64,000 nt of DNA from a virus (IMGVR_UViG_3300017917_002068:32001-96000), one strand, 5' to 3'; positions 20,361-28,919 are shown, counted from the stretch's first letter. The notes: generated by a model not told the origin, from the letters alone. A program made the numbers and translations.

Positions 20361-21009
20361 AAGGTCCTTTTACGGTAAGTGGTTTTATAAAATCAGTCTT
20401 AGCTTAGAGGGATCCTTCATTCTAAGGAATAAAGAGTTATGCGAAATATCCTCTTATATTTCTTCTATGAAGGGAATAGCCTACAATACACATAGTTCAA
20501 ACTATAAAATCCTTAAAAACAAAGATAACCTTATAAAGATAGCAGAGTTCCTTTTACCGTACCCTAAAGATCTTTACGGAATGAGAAGTGAAACAGGAAT
20601 TATTGATTTTTACACCAACGACAAAGCTTTCTACGAACATCTTATCGACGAATTCAAAGATATAGTACGAATCTGCTATCAACCAGATACTGAAAATCTT
20701 GACGTTCTAAAAGAAAAGAAAAATATCATAGTTAGAAAGTTACCTCACGATAGATACAGATATAAGATTTTTTTACTTCCTCATAAAATCAAAGATGATC
20801 ATCAGAAAGAATCCTTTTTATCCTGGATTGAAACACAAGATGGCAAGATAACTTTAACACCAGCTGTTAAAGAATGGTTTATGGCCACTAGGTGGAACTG
20901 GGATCGTAGATATGTATTAGTCGAAGATGAAAAAACCCTCTTAATGCTTAAGCTAAGAGGCCCCGAAGCAATAGGCTCGATTTACGATTACGTTATTTCT
21001 GATAAATAG
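20338..21009 (+). CDS. Hypothetical protein
   Basis: 223 aa ORF. Confidence 0.6.
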   Translation: MNKVKQTKRSFYGKWFYKISLSLEGSFILRNKELCEISSYISSMKGIAYNTHSSNYKILKNKDNLIKIAEFLLPYPKDLYGMRSETGIIDFYTNDKAFYEHLIDEFKDIVRICYQPDTENLDVLKEKKNIIVRKLPHDRYRYKIFLLPHKIKDDHQKESFLSWIETQDGKITLTPAVKEWFMATRWNWDRRYVLVEDEKTLLMLKLRGPEAIGSIYDYVISDK

Positions 21010-21012
21010 TTG

Positions 21013-21360
21013 ATGTCCAAAGAAACCACCATTTTACTTGAAAATATAACCGTCGAATCGGTAAATTCTGATCTAATCTATTCTGAAAAACAGAAGGGTT
21101 CTGGGTATCATAAACTCGACGACGGCTTGCATACCTATGTATATTCAGTGGATAGTTTCGTTGGTTCTATAAAATTGCAGGGTACTCTAGAACTTTATCC
21201 CGGTGATAACGACTGGGTTGATATCGATGGAACTGTTTTCGACGGTGACAGCACTATATCTAGCGATCCAACTGGCAATTTCGTTGGTAATTTCATTTGG
21301 ATCCGTGCCGCTTACAATCTGCAAGACGGTACTATTCAGCAAATCCGTTATAATCACTAA
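21013..21360 (+). CDS. Hypothetical beta-rich protein, possibly virion
   Basis: GATAAATA at 21001-21008 directly upstream. Confidence 0.55.
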   Translation: MSKETTILLENITVESVNSDLIYSEKQKGSGYHKLDDGLHTYVYSVDSFVGSIKLQGTLELYPGDNDWVDIDGTVFDGDSTISSDPTGNFVGNFIWIRAAYNLQDGTIQQIRYNH

Positions 21361-21372
21361 GTACTAATCAAC

Positions 21373-21407
21373 GATAAATATAGTATTGCTCCACGAGGAA
21401 TACTATG
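21373..21407 (+). promoter_or_regulatory. Late promoter GATAAATA overlapping an RBS-sequestering hairpin
   Basis: ATAGTATT(21380-87) pairs with AATACTAT(21399-406), covering GAGGA and the ATG. Confidence 0.65.
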
Positions 21408-22154
21408 AGAGACATATTATCTAAATTAGACGCTTTAATAAGCGAAACCGCACTTCGAGACAAAGAAGATCTAGAAGCTAAAAGACAGGCTCTAGCTGAT
21501 CTAGAAGCCGATCCGATAGCTAGTCAAGACCCAGAAATTTCAGCAGCCATCGATCAGCGCAAAGCTGATCTAGAAAAAGAGGCTAAATCTAAAGGATTTA
21601 CAGAAGACGAAGATCTTTATCAGATCGGAGACGATTTTGGTATCAGTTTTTCTGAAGATTTCGAAGTTGGAACTGAAATCGTAGATATCGTAGAAGACGG
21701 TATCGTTATCGATCTAGACGAAACAGCGTTCGAATATCTAACACAAAATGGTTTTACATTCGAAGAGATACAGTTAGACGAAGAAAAACAAAAAGGTCTA
21801 GATGGCAAAGCCTGCTGGAAAGGTTACAAGCGTATGGGCACTAAAATGAAAGGTGGCAAACGTGTAGATAACTGTGTTAAGATGGGCGAAGATATTGACG
21901 AAGAACAAACAGATGAAGCCAAATATCAAGGACGTGAAGTTCCATTAGGCAAGCCCATGAAAGGTGATGTCAAGAAATCTAAGGTCTATGTTAGAAATCC
22001 GCAAGGCAATGTTGTAAAAGTTAATTTCGGCGACAAGAAGATGCGTATTAAGAAATCTAATCCTAATCGCCGCAAGAGTTTCCGTGCTAGACATAACTGC
22101 GCCAATCCAGGTCCAAGACATAAAGCACGTTATTGGTCATGTAGGGCTTGGTAA
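21405..22154 (+). CDS. Putative head-internal modular protein
   Basis: Acidic N-part, then basic CWKGYKRMG..NCVK and KYQGREVPLGKP..ARYWSC modules that follow xDE sites. Confidence 0.6.
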   Translation: MRDILSKLDALISETALRDKEDLEAKRQALADLEADPIASQDPEISAAIDQRKADLEKEAKSKGFTEDEDLYQIGDDFGISFSEDFEVGTEIVDIVEDGIVIDLDETAFEYLTQNGFTFEEIQLDEEKQKGLDGKACWKGYKRMGTKMKGGKRVDNCVKMGEDIDEEQTDEAKYQGREVPLGKPMKGDVKKSKVYVRNPQGNVVKVNFGDKKMRIKKSNPNRRKSFRARHNCANPGPRHKARYWSCRAW

Positions 22155-22155
22155 T

Positions 22156-22521
22156 ATGAAATTAATAGAATTATTTTCTCGTCCAGATCCGGACAGTGAT
22201 GACAAAAGAAAAGATCCTAGATTAGATCATGAGATCAATTATGCCGATGATTTAAAATATTTCATCGACAACGAAGATACTGTTTTATCAAAGTTTTTCT
22301 TTCCAGCTATCGACAAACAAAAAAGAATGAATGATCAAGAAGGTTCTTTTAAATTGTATATAGATCCTGTTTCTAAATCAGTTGATATATATTGCAAAAA
22401 ATTTAAGCTAGATGATATTAGAGATAAGATCTTTAATAAAGAAATAATTTCTGATGTTGCTAAAAAAATCGCCAGTGAGCAAAGCGAGCATATCAAGAAA
22501 AAGGCCTACGACGAAAAATGA
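22156..22521 (+). CDS. Hypothetical protein (MKLIELFS start)
   Basis: ATG just after the upstream stop. Confidence 0.55.
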   Translation: MKLIELFSRPDPDSDDKRKDPRLDHEINYADDLKYFIDNEDTVLSKFFFPAIDKQKRMNDQEGSFKLYIDPVSKSVDIYCKKFKLDDIRDKIFNKEIISDVAKKIASEQSEHIKKKAYDEK

Positions 22522-23678
22522 AACTAAGACAGCTATTTGAAAGTTCTGGTAAAACAGCGGCAGTCACATTTGGCCGATTAAATCCCCCTACCATTGGACA
22601 TCAAAAATTAGTCAATGCTGTATTAAAGCAAAAAGCCGATGCACATTTTTTGTTTGTTTCGCAGACAACTAAAACTACAGGAAAAAATGCTACTCGTCTT
22701 GCAAATCCTATACCTTTCGATATTAAATTAGGATTTGTACAAAAAGCTTTTCCGAATATTAACATCGGTGATACATCAGTAAAAACAGTAATAAGTATGC
22801 TACAGTTTTTAGAACAACAAGGTTATGAAAATGTTATTTTTGTAGGCGGATCAGATCGTGTTGCAGACTTTGAAGAATTGTTTAATAAACAAAATGGTAT
22901 CGATTACAATCTTAAATCAATTCAAGTAGTATCGAGTGGTGAAAGAGATCCGGATGCAGAAGGTGCAGAAGGTATGAGTGCTAGTAAAATGCGGGCTGCG
23001 GCCATTGCTGATGATTTTAAATCGTTCAAAACCGGATTGCCTTCCGGCTTGCAAGGAGATGCTGAAGAAGTATTTTCCGCTGTTAAACAAGGATTAGAAC
23101 CTTGGCTTGAACAAAAAGTAGGTGAAGGCGTCAAATCAAAAATTGCAGGAGCTGCGTTGGCCGCTGCTAATTTACTAGGCAGTCCAGCACAGGCAGCAGA
23201 AGAACCTGCTAAGCCTATTACTATTGCCTATGTAATGATTGACGGAGAAGTAAGAAAATATAATTTAGGTGATAAATTTAACAATGCTCGTGATGCTGAA
23301 GAATTTATTAGCAGCGTTTTAGATAAAAAAGGACTATCAGGTTACACGCTAGATATCAAACACGGTTATCCTAAAAAGAAAGATGTTAAGGAAGCACCTA
23401 TAGAATTTGATCCAGACGAGCCGATGAATCCGATGATCTACGGTGCCGGTGGCAATCCTGCTAAACTACAATATAGAATGATGCGGGCTGCTAATCAATT
23501 AAAAGATCTAGCATCAAGATCAGAAAAAGCATCTCCTGCCGAATGGCAAACTATTTCTAGACAATTTGACGAGCTGTCTATGAACATCGGTCAAATTAAA
23601 CACGGCTTAGAAGAATTAGCCAAGCAACGAAAGAAAGGCGGAGTTCGTAGCCGAGGCATTGATCCAACCATAGGTTAA
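22518..23678 (+). CDS. HxGH-type nucleotidyltransferase fused to extra modules
   Basis: FGRLNPPTIGH, VGGSDR, GERDPDAEG..GMSASKMR; unrelated C-terminal modules. Confidence 0.75.
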   Translation: MKLRQLFESSGKTAAVTFGRLNPPTIGHQKLVNAVLKQKADAHFLFVSQTTKTTGKNATRLANPIPFDIKLGFVQKAFPNINIGDTSVKTVISMLQFLEQQGYENVIFVGGSDRVADFEELFNKQNGIDYNLKSIQVVSSGERDPDAEGAEGMSASKMRAAAIADDFKSFKTGLPSGLQGDAEEVFSAVKQGLEPWLEQKVGEGVKSKIAGAALAAANLLGSPAQAAEEPAKPITIAYVMIDGEVRKYNLGDKFNNARDAEEFISSVLDKKGLSGYTLDIKHGYPKKKDVKEAPIEFDPDEPMNPMIYGAGGNPAKLQYRMMRAANQLKDLASRSEKASPAEWQTISRQFDELSMNIGQIKHGLEELAKQRKKGGVRSRGIDPTIG

Positions 23679-23681
23679 ATT

Positions 23682-23891
23682 ATGGATTTAAATGATTTAA
23701 AAAAATTAGCAGGGATTAACGAGTTCAAAGGTTATAAACCATATGAAGGTAGTAACGTTTCTATCACAGGTATGGAAAAGCAAGAATTAGAAAAAAAACA
23801 TAATATCAAACCCGGAACTCCCGAATGGTTCCAGCTATGGTTTTCAAAACCTTATCTAACCGGAGAACCACCAGTAGGTAAAAGAAAATGA
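23682..23891 (+). CDS. Hypothetical protein
   Basis: LKKLAGINE and [13 protein letters not shown] motifs. Confidence 0.55.
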   Translation: MDLNDLKKLAGINEFKGYKPYEGSNVSITGMEKQELEKKHNIKPGTPEWFQLWFSKPYLTGEPPVGKRK

Positions 23892-24214
23892 TCGAAATTA
23901 CAGAAGCAGCTAAACAAAAAGTCATAGATTTATTAATCGATGAAAATAATCCTAATTTAAAACTTCGTACCTTCGTTCAAGGTGGAGGTTGTTCTGGTTT
24001 TCAATATGGCTTTACATTTGACGAAGAACAGAACGAAGATGATTTCGAGATTATGCTTAACGACAAATATAAATTGTTAATAGATGCTATGAGCATGAAT
24101 TACATGCAGGGTGCCGTGATAGACTTTAACGATGATATCATGGGATCTAATTTTAATATTAAAAATCCTAATGCACAAACAACTTGTGGATGCGGAAGTA
24201 GTTTTTCGGTGTGA
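23888..24214 (+). CDS. erpA: Fe-S cluster insertion protein (ErpA/IscA, HesB family)
   Basis: [11 protein letters not shown] and [14 protein letters not shown]. Confidence 0.9.
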   Translation: MIEITEAAKQKVIDLLIDENNPNLKLRTFVQGGGCSGFQYGFTFDEEQNEDDFEIMLNDKYKLLIDAMSMNYMQGAVIDFNDDIMGSNFNIKNPNAQTTCGCGSSFSV

Positions 24215-24218
24215 TATT

Positions 24219-24383
24219 ATGGACAAGACATTAGCAGACTATATTAATAGAATAGCAAATTTAGAAAAACAACTAAAATCTCCTCAACAAGAAATCATTC
24301 CAGAAAAAACTGAACACTTAGTCTATCCGGAACCAAACAGTATAGATTCAGACGAAAAAAGAAATCCTTACAGCAAAGTATGA
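24219..24383 (+). CDS. Small hypothetical protein
   Basis: ATG after the erpA stop; ATGA overlap with the next gene. Confidence 0.45.
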   Translation: MDKTLADYINRIANLEKQLKSPQQEIIPEKTEHLVYPEPNSIDSDEKRNPYSKV

Positions 24384-25825
24384 GAGCACACGAAATACAA
24401 CCTAAAAAACTAGTCATCTTTGACATTGATGATACTTTAGTCAATACTCAGACTAAGGTTCATGTAATCAAAGACGATGAGGTTGTTAAAAGTCTTAATA
24501 GTCACGATTTTACTCATTACAAATTACAGCCGGGCGAAGAATTTGATTTTGGTGATTTTCGTAATGCTAGAGAGTTTTTTGAAAAAAGTCGTCCTATCAT
24601 TCCCATGATGAATCAACTTAAGCGTGATATCAATACAGGCAATAAAGTTGTTATGGTTACTGCACGAGCAGACTTCGATGATAAAGAATTATTCTTAGAT
24701 ACTTTTCGTAAGTACGGAGTTGATATGAATAAGGTACATGTTTATCGTGCAGGCAATATCAAGGGTGGAACTACAGAAGAACGCAAAGCACATATCATTA
24801 AAACACTGTTAGACAAAGATAATTATTCTAAAGCCATAATGTACGATGATGCTAAACCCAATCTTCATACATTTATAGATCTTAAAAAAGACCATCCTCG
24901 TACAAGATTTTATGCTTGGCATGTAAGTCTAGACGGGGAAGCATCCGAATACATGCGAGAAGGTATAGTTTCTGAAAGAAAACGTAAGCGTAAAAAAGTT
25001 CGTTGGGCAGCTTATGGTCCAGGACCTTACGGTGGGTATGGATACGCTTCAGGGTATAGCGGAGCAGTGGGCGGTGACGGCGGTGGCGGTGGAGTAGGAG
25101 AAGGATGGAAAGATTGGGTAGGCGGTGCTGCATTAGGAACCGCTGTAGCTGCTGGAGGACCTGCTGCTTACGATATCTATAAAAATTATCAGCAAGATAA
25201 AGAAACTGCTTCATCAATCTCTAAAGCAGATGATACAAAGAGTAATTTTGAAAAAGGTATTATTAAAATTTCAAAAGACGCTATACCTAAACATCTAGTC
25301 ACCGGTTCACCACATGAAAAGTTTTTAACTAAAGAAGCAATCGCCGCAGGTATCAAGGGTGAAGAACTAGCACAATTCTTAGCGCAAACAGCACACGAAT
25401 CACATAATTTCAAATCGATGGTTGAGTATGGCGGTTCATTAGATTTTAAGAAATATGAACCTAAGTTTGTCAAAGATAAAAAAGGTAAAATTGTACAAGT
25501 TAATCCCAAAGCAAAGACATTAGGCAATGTTAAAAAAGGTGACGGTGCTCGATACAAGGGTAGAGGATATATACAACTCACTGGAAGATATAACTATAAG
25601 AAAGCAGGCGAGGCATTAGGTTTACCTTTAGAAGCGAAACCCGAATTAGTAGAAAAGCCAGAAGTAGCCGCCAAAGTGGCTATATGGTTCTGGCAGAATC
25701 GAGTACAGCCTCGAGTAGATGATTTTTATAATACCAAAGCAGCGACTAAACCTATCAATCCGGGATTGAAAGGTCTAGAAGATCGTAAAGAAAAATTCGT
25801 AGATTTTAAGACAGCAATGAAATGA
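24380..25825 (+). CDS. HAD phosphatase-GH19 muramidase fusion
   Basis: IFDIDDTL, VTAR and MYDD (HAD); Gly-rich linker; AQFLAQTAHES and YKGRGYIQLTGRYNY (GH19). Confidence 0.8.
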   Translation: MRAHEIQPKKLVIFDIDDTLVNTQTKVHVIKDDEVVKSLNSHDFTHYKLQPGEEFDFGDFRNAREFFEKSRPIIPMMNQLKRDINTGNKVVMVTARADFDDKELFLDTFRKYGVDMNKVHVYRAGNIKGGTTEERKAHIIKTLLDKDNYSKAIMYDDAKPNLHTFIDLKKDHPRTRFYAWHVSLDGEASEYMREGIVSERKRKRKKVRWAAYGPGPYGGYGYASGYSGAVGGDGGGGGVGEGWKDWVGGAALGTAVAAGGPAAYDIYKNYQQDKETASSISKADDTKSNFEKGIIKISKDAIPKHLVTGSPHEKFLTKEAIAAGIKGEELAQFLAQTAHESHNFKSMVEYGGSLDFKKYEPKFVKDKKGKIVQVNPKAKTLGNVKKGDGARYKGRGYIQLTGRYNYKKAGEALGLPLEAKPELVEKPEVAAKVAIWFWQNRVQPRVDDFYNTKAATKPINPGLKGLEDRKEKFVDFKTAMK

Positions 25826-26334
25826 GAGCATTTGAATTTATCATAAAAGAAAATAAAAAGAAAGATGATAAGTCATCTGAACCTGAATCCAAACCTACTA
25901 TGCCTAAGGGCACGGTAAAGGTAGATGTAAGTGATGTCTATGATTGGTACAAACTAGGACAGCATATTAGTAATCTTAAGGGTCTAGGCAAACACGATTT
26001 CGGCAAGGGCCCTCCAAGTGCTATATTATCGTTTGGCGACGAAGATACTGAACACAAGTATATTAACGCTCTAAAGAAAACAGGACTTGACACTACTGAT
26101 ATAGATCCTAAGGCACATGAAAAGAAAAAAGGTCAAAAAACAGATAAAACTTATAATGTAGGAGAAAACTTTGCCGACGGTAAAGTAAAGGGCAAAAGCC
26201 GACCAGGACGAGTAAAACGTGCAGGTGCTAGTTGTTCTGGTTCTGTTACAGATCTACGCAAACGTGCTAAAAATTCTTCCGGTGAAAAGGCCAAAATGTA
26301 TCATTGGTGTGCTAATATGAAAAGCGGTAAATAA
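25822..26334 (+). CDS. Putative head-internal modular protein
   Basis: MRAFEFIIKE start; VGE-NFADGK..HWCANMK module. Confidence 0.55.
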   Translation: MRAFEFIIKENKKKDDKSSEPESKPTMPKGTVKVDVSDVYDWYKLGQHISNLKGLGKHDFGKGPPSAILSFGDEDTEHKYINALKKTGLDTTDIDPKAHEKKKGQKTDKTYNVGENFADGKVKGKSRPGRVKRAGASCSGSVTDLRKRAKNSSGEKAKMYHWCANMKSGK

Positions 26335-26337
26335 CAT

Positions 26338-26523
26338 ATGAGATTCGAAGAACTTACTAAACAGTATAAGTTTTTTAAAGCTAAGGTTAAAATTAAACAA
26401 CCTGGCTATTCTCAACTGATTGATACTACTGTAACTGCTAAAGATAGAACCATGGCACAGCGTTTATTAAAGGCTCAATACGGTAAAAATTCAGTCGTCG
26501 GAACTGTTACGGAAATAAAATGA
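26338..26523 (+). CDS. Small hypothetical protein
   Basis: MRFEEL start; GGTAAATA 4 nt upstream. Confidence 0.55.
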   Translation: MRFEELTKQYKFFKAKVKIKQPGYSQLIDTTVTAKDRTMAQRLLKAQYGKNSVVGTVTEIK

Positions 26524-26945
26524 AACTAAAAGAAATCATAAGCGAACGTGTTAGAGATCCAGAGGATTGGGACGAGGGTAACACTGAACCCCCAAATAAC
26601 TTCGCTGTTTATATCAATGGTAAAAAATGGAAAGTGTTTAGGGGTCGCGGTACTTATGCCGACGATTTTAAAGAAAAACAACATTTTCAGCAGTTGAAAG
26701 ACTGGGCTCGTAAAAAATCAGAAGCTACGGGTAAGAAATGGGAAGTTTATATCACCGGCGAACAAGCTACAGAAAGTATCAAAGAAACAGCTACGGCAGG
26801 TACTACTAGTGCTGCTAATGTCAGCGTAGGGGCTATCTATAAGAATAAACCCGGAAAAACTCCTAAAAATAAAGACGGAACCGCTAAAAATGCTCTAGAT
26901 ATGAAGGGCACTAATCTACTCACCGGCGGCAGTATCAAAAGATAA
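26520..26945 (+). CDS. Putative head-internal modular protein
   Basis: MKLKEIISE start; IKE-TATAGTTSAANV module. Confidence 0.55.
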   Translation: MKLKEIISERVRDPEDWDEGNTEPPNNFAVYINGKKWKVFRGRGTYADDFKEKQHFQQLKDWARKKSEATGKKWEVYITGEQATESIKETATAGTTSAANVSVGAIYKNKPGKTPKNKDGTAKNALDMKGTNLLTGGSIKR

Positions 26946-26953
26946 ATATACAT

Positions 26954-27301
26954 ATGAAAAAACAAATATTCAGAGAATTCTCAGACGATACAGAACAGCC
27001 TAAAGTAGATGATCACGAGGCTAAAATGGCTCGTGCTGACTTGTACAAGCTCAATGAATATTCTGCTAAATTGTTCAAAATGATCGAAGAAGATGATGAA
27101 TTAGATGGTTGGGTACAAGCGAAAATTACCAAGGCTTCGGATTATCTATCCAGTGTTTATCATTATTTAAAATACGAAAGAATGTCAGAATTACAAAACT
27201 CATCAGACGATCAAGTTGAATCTATAGATGAATCAGTTTCTCAACAAATTTCAGAATCTTTAGCCAGCGAATGGCAGAAAATTAAAAACCAAGGAAAATA
27301 A
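26954..27301 (+). CDS. Hypothetical protein
   Basis: DHEAKMARADL..LDGWVQAKITKASDYL; GATAAATA at 26941-26948. Confidence 0.6.
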   Translation: MKKQIFREFSDDTEQPKVDDHEAKMARADLYKLNEYSAKLFKMIEEDDELDGWVQAKITKASDYLSSVYHYLKYERMSELQNSSDDQVESIDESVSQQISESLASEWQKIKNQGK

Positions 27302-27302
27302 A

Positions 27303-28226
27303 ATGGATTTCAACAAACTACTTTCTAAACTCAAAGACATCGACCCAACTAATGTTTTTGATCCTAAAGGCGTTTCTGCTGCTGCTACCGAAGCGGTAAA
27401 ACCTGCGCCAGCTGTTAAACTAGACGAAGCAGCTCAGCTACGTGTGTTAGCTGGACGATCTACTATTCTTGCCGAAAGCGAATTAATGGAAAAGAAATTA
27501 ACTGCTGCCGAAAAAGATAAAAAAGAAGAAGTAGTTAAAAGCATGAAGAAAGATAAAAAAGGATTCATGAAACGCTACGGTGAAAAAGGCGAAGAAGTAA
27601 TGCATGCCACTGCTACTAAGATCGCTAAAAAGAAAGCTGAGAGTGTAGAAGAAGGACAAGAAGATCTAAAAAAGGTTGGCGATAAAGTTAAAACTAGTAA
27701 AGGCGTAATGACTAAAACTGCTACAGGTTTGAAGCATGAGCGTTCTTATGAAAAAGAAAAAGACGAAGATGATGATAAGCCAGCAAAGAAATCAACAAAA
27801 GTCAAAGAAGCAGCTAAGCCAGACTTCTTAGACATCGACAAAGACGGCGACAAGAAAGAGCCAATGAAGAAAGCTGCTGCTGACAAAGACGGCGACAAGA
27901 AAGATGGCAAGAAAGGCATGTCGGCCAAGCAAGAGAAATATTTTGGCAAGAAAAACGAAAGTGCAATGATGCCAAAAGGTAAGAAGCGTCCTGTTAAGGA
28001 AAGCGTCGAACAAAAATTAACTTTTGTAAAATGCCTCCAGGCTGTTAAGGAAAGCAATGGTTCGTTACAAATCGACCCGATGGATAAAACATTATGGACA
28101 TGGGCTCAGAGAGTAGCTGCTGCTAAAGCAGGTACTGGTGCGAAGGCCGATGCTTATGCTGCCAAAGTATATGAATCATACGGCGGTGAGTGGTCATTGT
28201 ATAATACATTAGTCGAAGAAAAATAA
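27303..28226 (+). CDS. Lys/Glu-rich putative head-internal protein
   Basis: Highly charged; many (L/V/I)xE sites; KPDFLDIDKDGDKKEPMKKA motif. Confidence 0.6.
   Translation: MDFNKLLSKLKDIDPTNVFDPKGVSAAATEAVKPAPAVKLDEAAQLRVLAGRSTILAESELMEKKLTAAEKDKKEEVVKSMKKDKKGFMKRYGEKGEEVMHATATKIAKKKAESVEEGQEDLKKVGDKVKTSKGVMTKTATGLKHERSYEKEKDEDDDKPAKKSTKVKEAAKPDFLDIDKDGDKKEPMKKAAADKDGDKKDGKKGMSAKQEKYFGKKNESAMMPKGKKRPVKESVEQKLTFVKCLQAVKESNGSLQIDPMDKTLWTWAQRVAAAKAGTGAKADAYAAKVYESYGGEWSLYNTLVEEK
27837..27904 (+). repeat. 23-nt direct repeat, two copies (GACAAAGACGGCGACAAGAAAGA)
   Basis: Copies at 27837-27859 and 27882-27904, both encoding DKDGDKK. Confidence 0.85.
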
Positions 28227-28242
28227 TTCGTTTTGGTGAAAT

Positions 28243-28273
28243 AAAGCCGGTCTTTGATTGACCGGCTTTTTTT
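28243..28273 (+). terminator. Rho-independent terminator
   Basis: AAAGCCGGTC-tttgatt-GACCGGCTTT followed by a T run. Confidence 0.85.
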
Positions 28274-28286
28274 ATGACTATATAAT
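28258..28286 (+). promoter_or_regulatory. Sigma70-type promoter
   Basis: TTGACC-17 nt-TATAAT. Confidence 0.75.
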
Positions 28287-28306
28287 AGTCCTATAAGGAG
28301 AATTAT

Positions 28307-28567
28307 ATGGCAAAGATGTACGGTCCCGAAGAAAAAGCAAAATTAGAAAGATTGATCAACGAAGGCGGTAACGTGCTCCGTGAGATCGAAGATTTACAAG
28401 AAGGTCTTAAAGAAACAGTCAAAGCTGTTGCAGAAGAACTACAAGTTAAACCTAGCATTATCAATAAAGCAATCAAAATCGCACATAAAGATAACTGGAA
28501 AGATCACGAACAAGAGTGGGACGAGATCGAAATGATTTTGGGCGTTACTAAGCGTTTGCCTGAATGA
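28307..28567 (+). CDS. Small dsDNA-binding protein (T4 DsbA/GapR-like)
   Basis: Coiled coil LREIEDLQEGLKETVKAVAEEL..PSIINKAIKIA; strong SD. Confidence 0.55.
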   Translation: MAKMYGPEEKAKLERLINEGGNVLREIEDLQEGLKETVKAVAEELQVKPSIINKAIKIAHKDNWKDHEQEWDEIEMILGVTKRLPE

Positions 28568-28854
28568 CCACATGGATCAACAAGACCGTAGAATGGATCA
28601 AGCAAGATTATAGAGAATGGCCGTTAAGATGCGTACTCGAAATCGTTGCTTGGTTTATGAGCATCGGCTGTACGATTTGGATGGGAGCTACATTACCTAA
28701 TCCTCCGTTTATCTACCTGTATCCATTGTTCATTGTTCAATGCACTATATTCGGTTGGGCTGCTTGGACTAGACGTTCAACTGGCATGGTAGCGAATTAT
28801 CTGTTAATTGTCACTATAGATATCGTAGCACTGATACGTTTGATAAGTATGTAA
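28564..28854 (+). CDS. 3-TM membrane protein
   Basis: Three hydrophobic segments; similar to 43892..44182. Confidence 0.6.
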   Translation: MTTWINKTVEWIKQDYREWPLRCVLEIVAWFMSIGCTIWMGATLPNPPFIYLYPLFIVQCTIFGWAAWTRRSTGMVANYLLIVTIDIVALIRLISM

Positions 28855-28865
28855 GAGTAAGGTTT

Positions 28866-28915
28866 AATCAGCCACAAATGATTTTTTGGTTGGCCAGCCG
28901 CAAATGGCAAGGAGA
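28866..28915 (+). promoter_or_regulatory. Tandem stem-loops with GCCRCAAA loops before the polB SD (putative translational operator)
   Basis: AATCA-GCCACAAA-TGATT and GCCA-GCCGCAAA-TGGC, then AAGGAGA. Confidence 0.6.
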
Positions 28916-28919
28916 ATAG

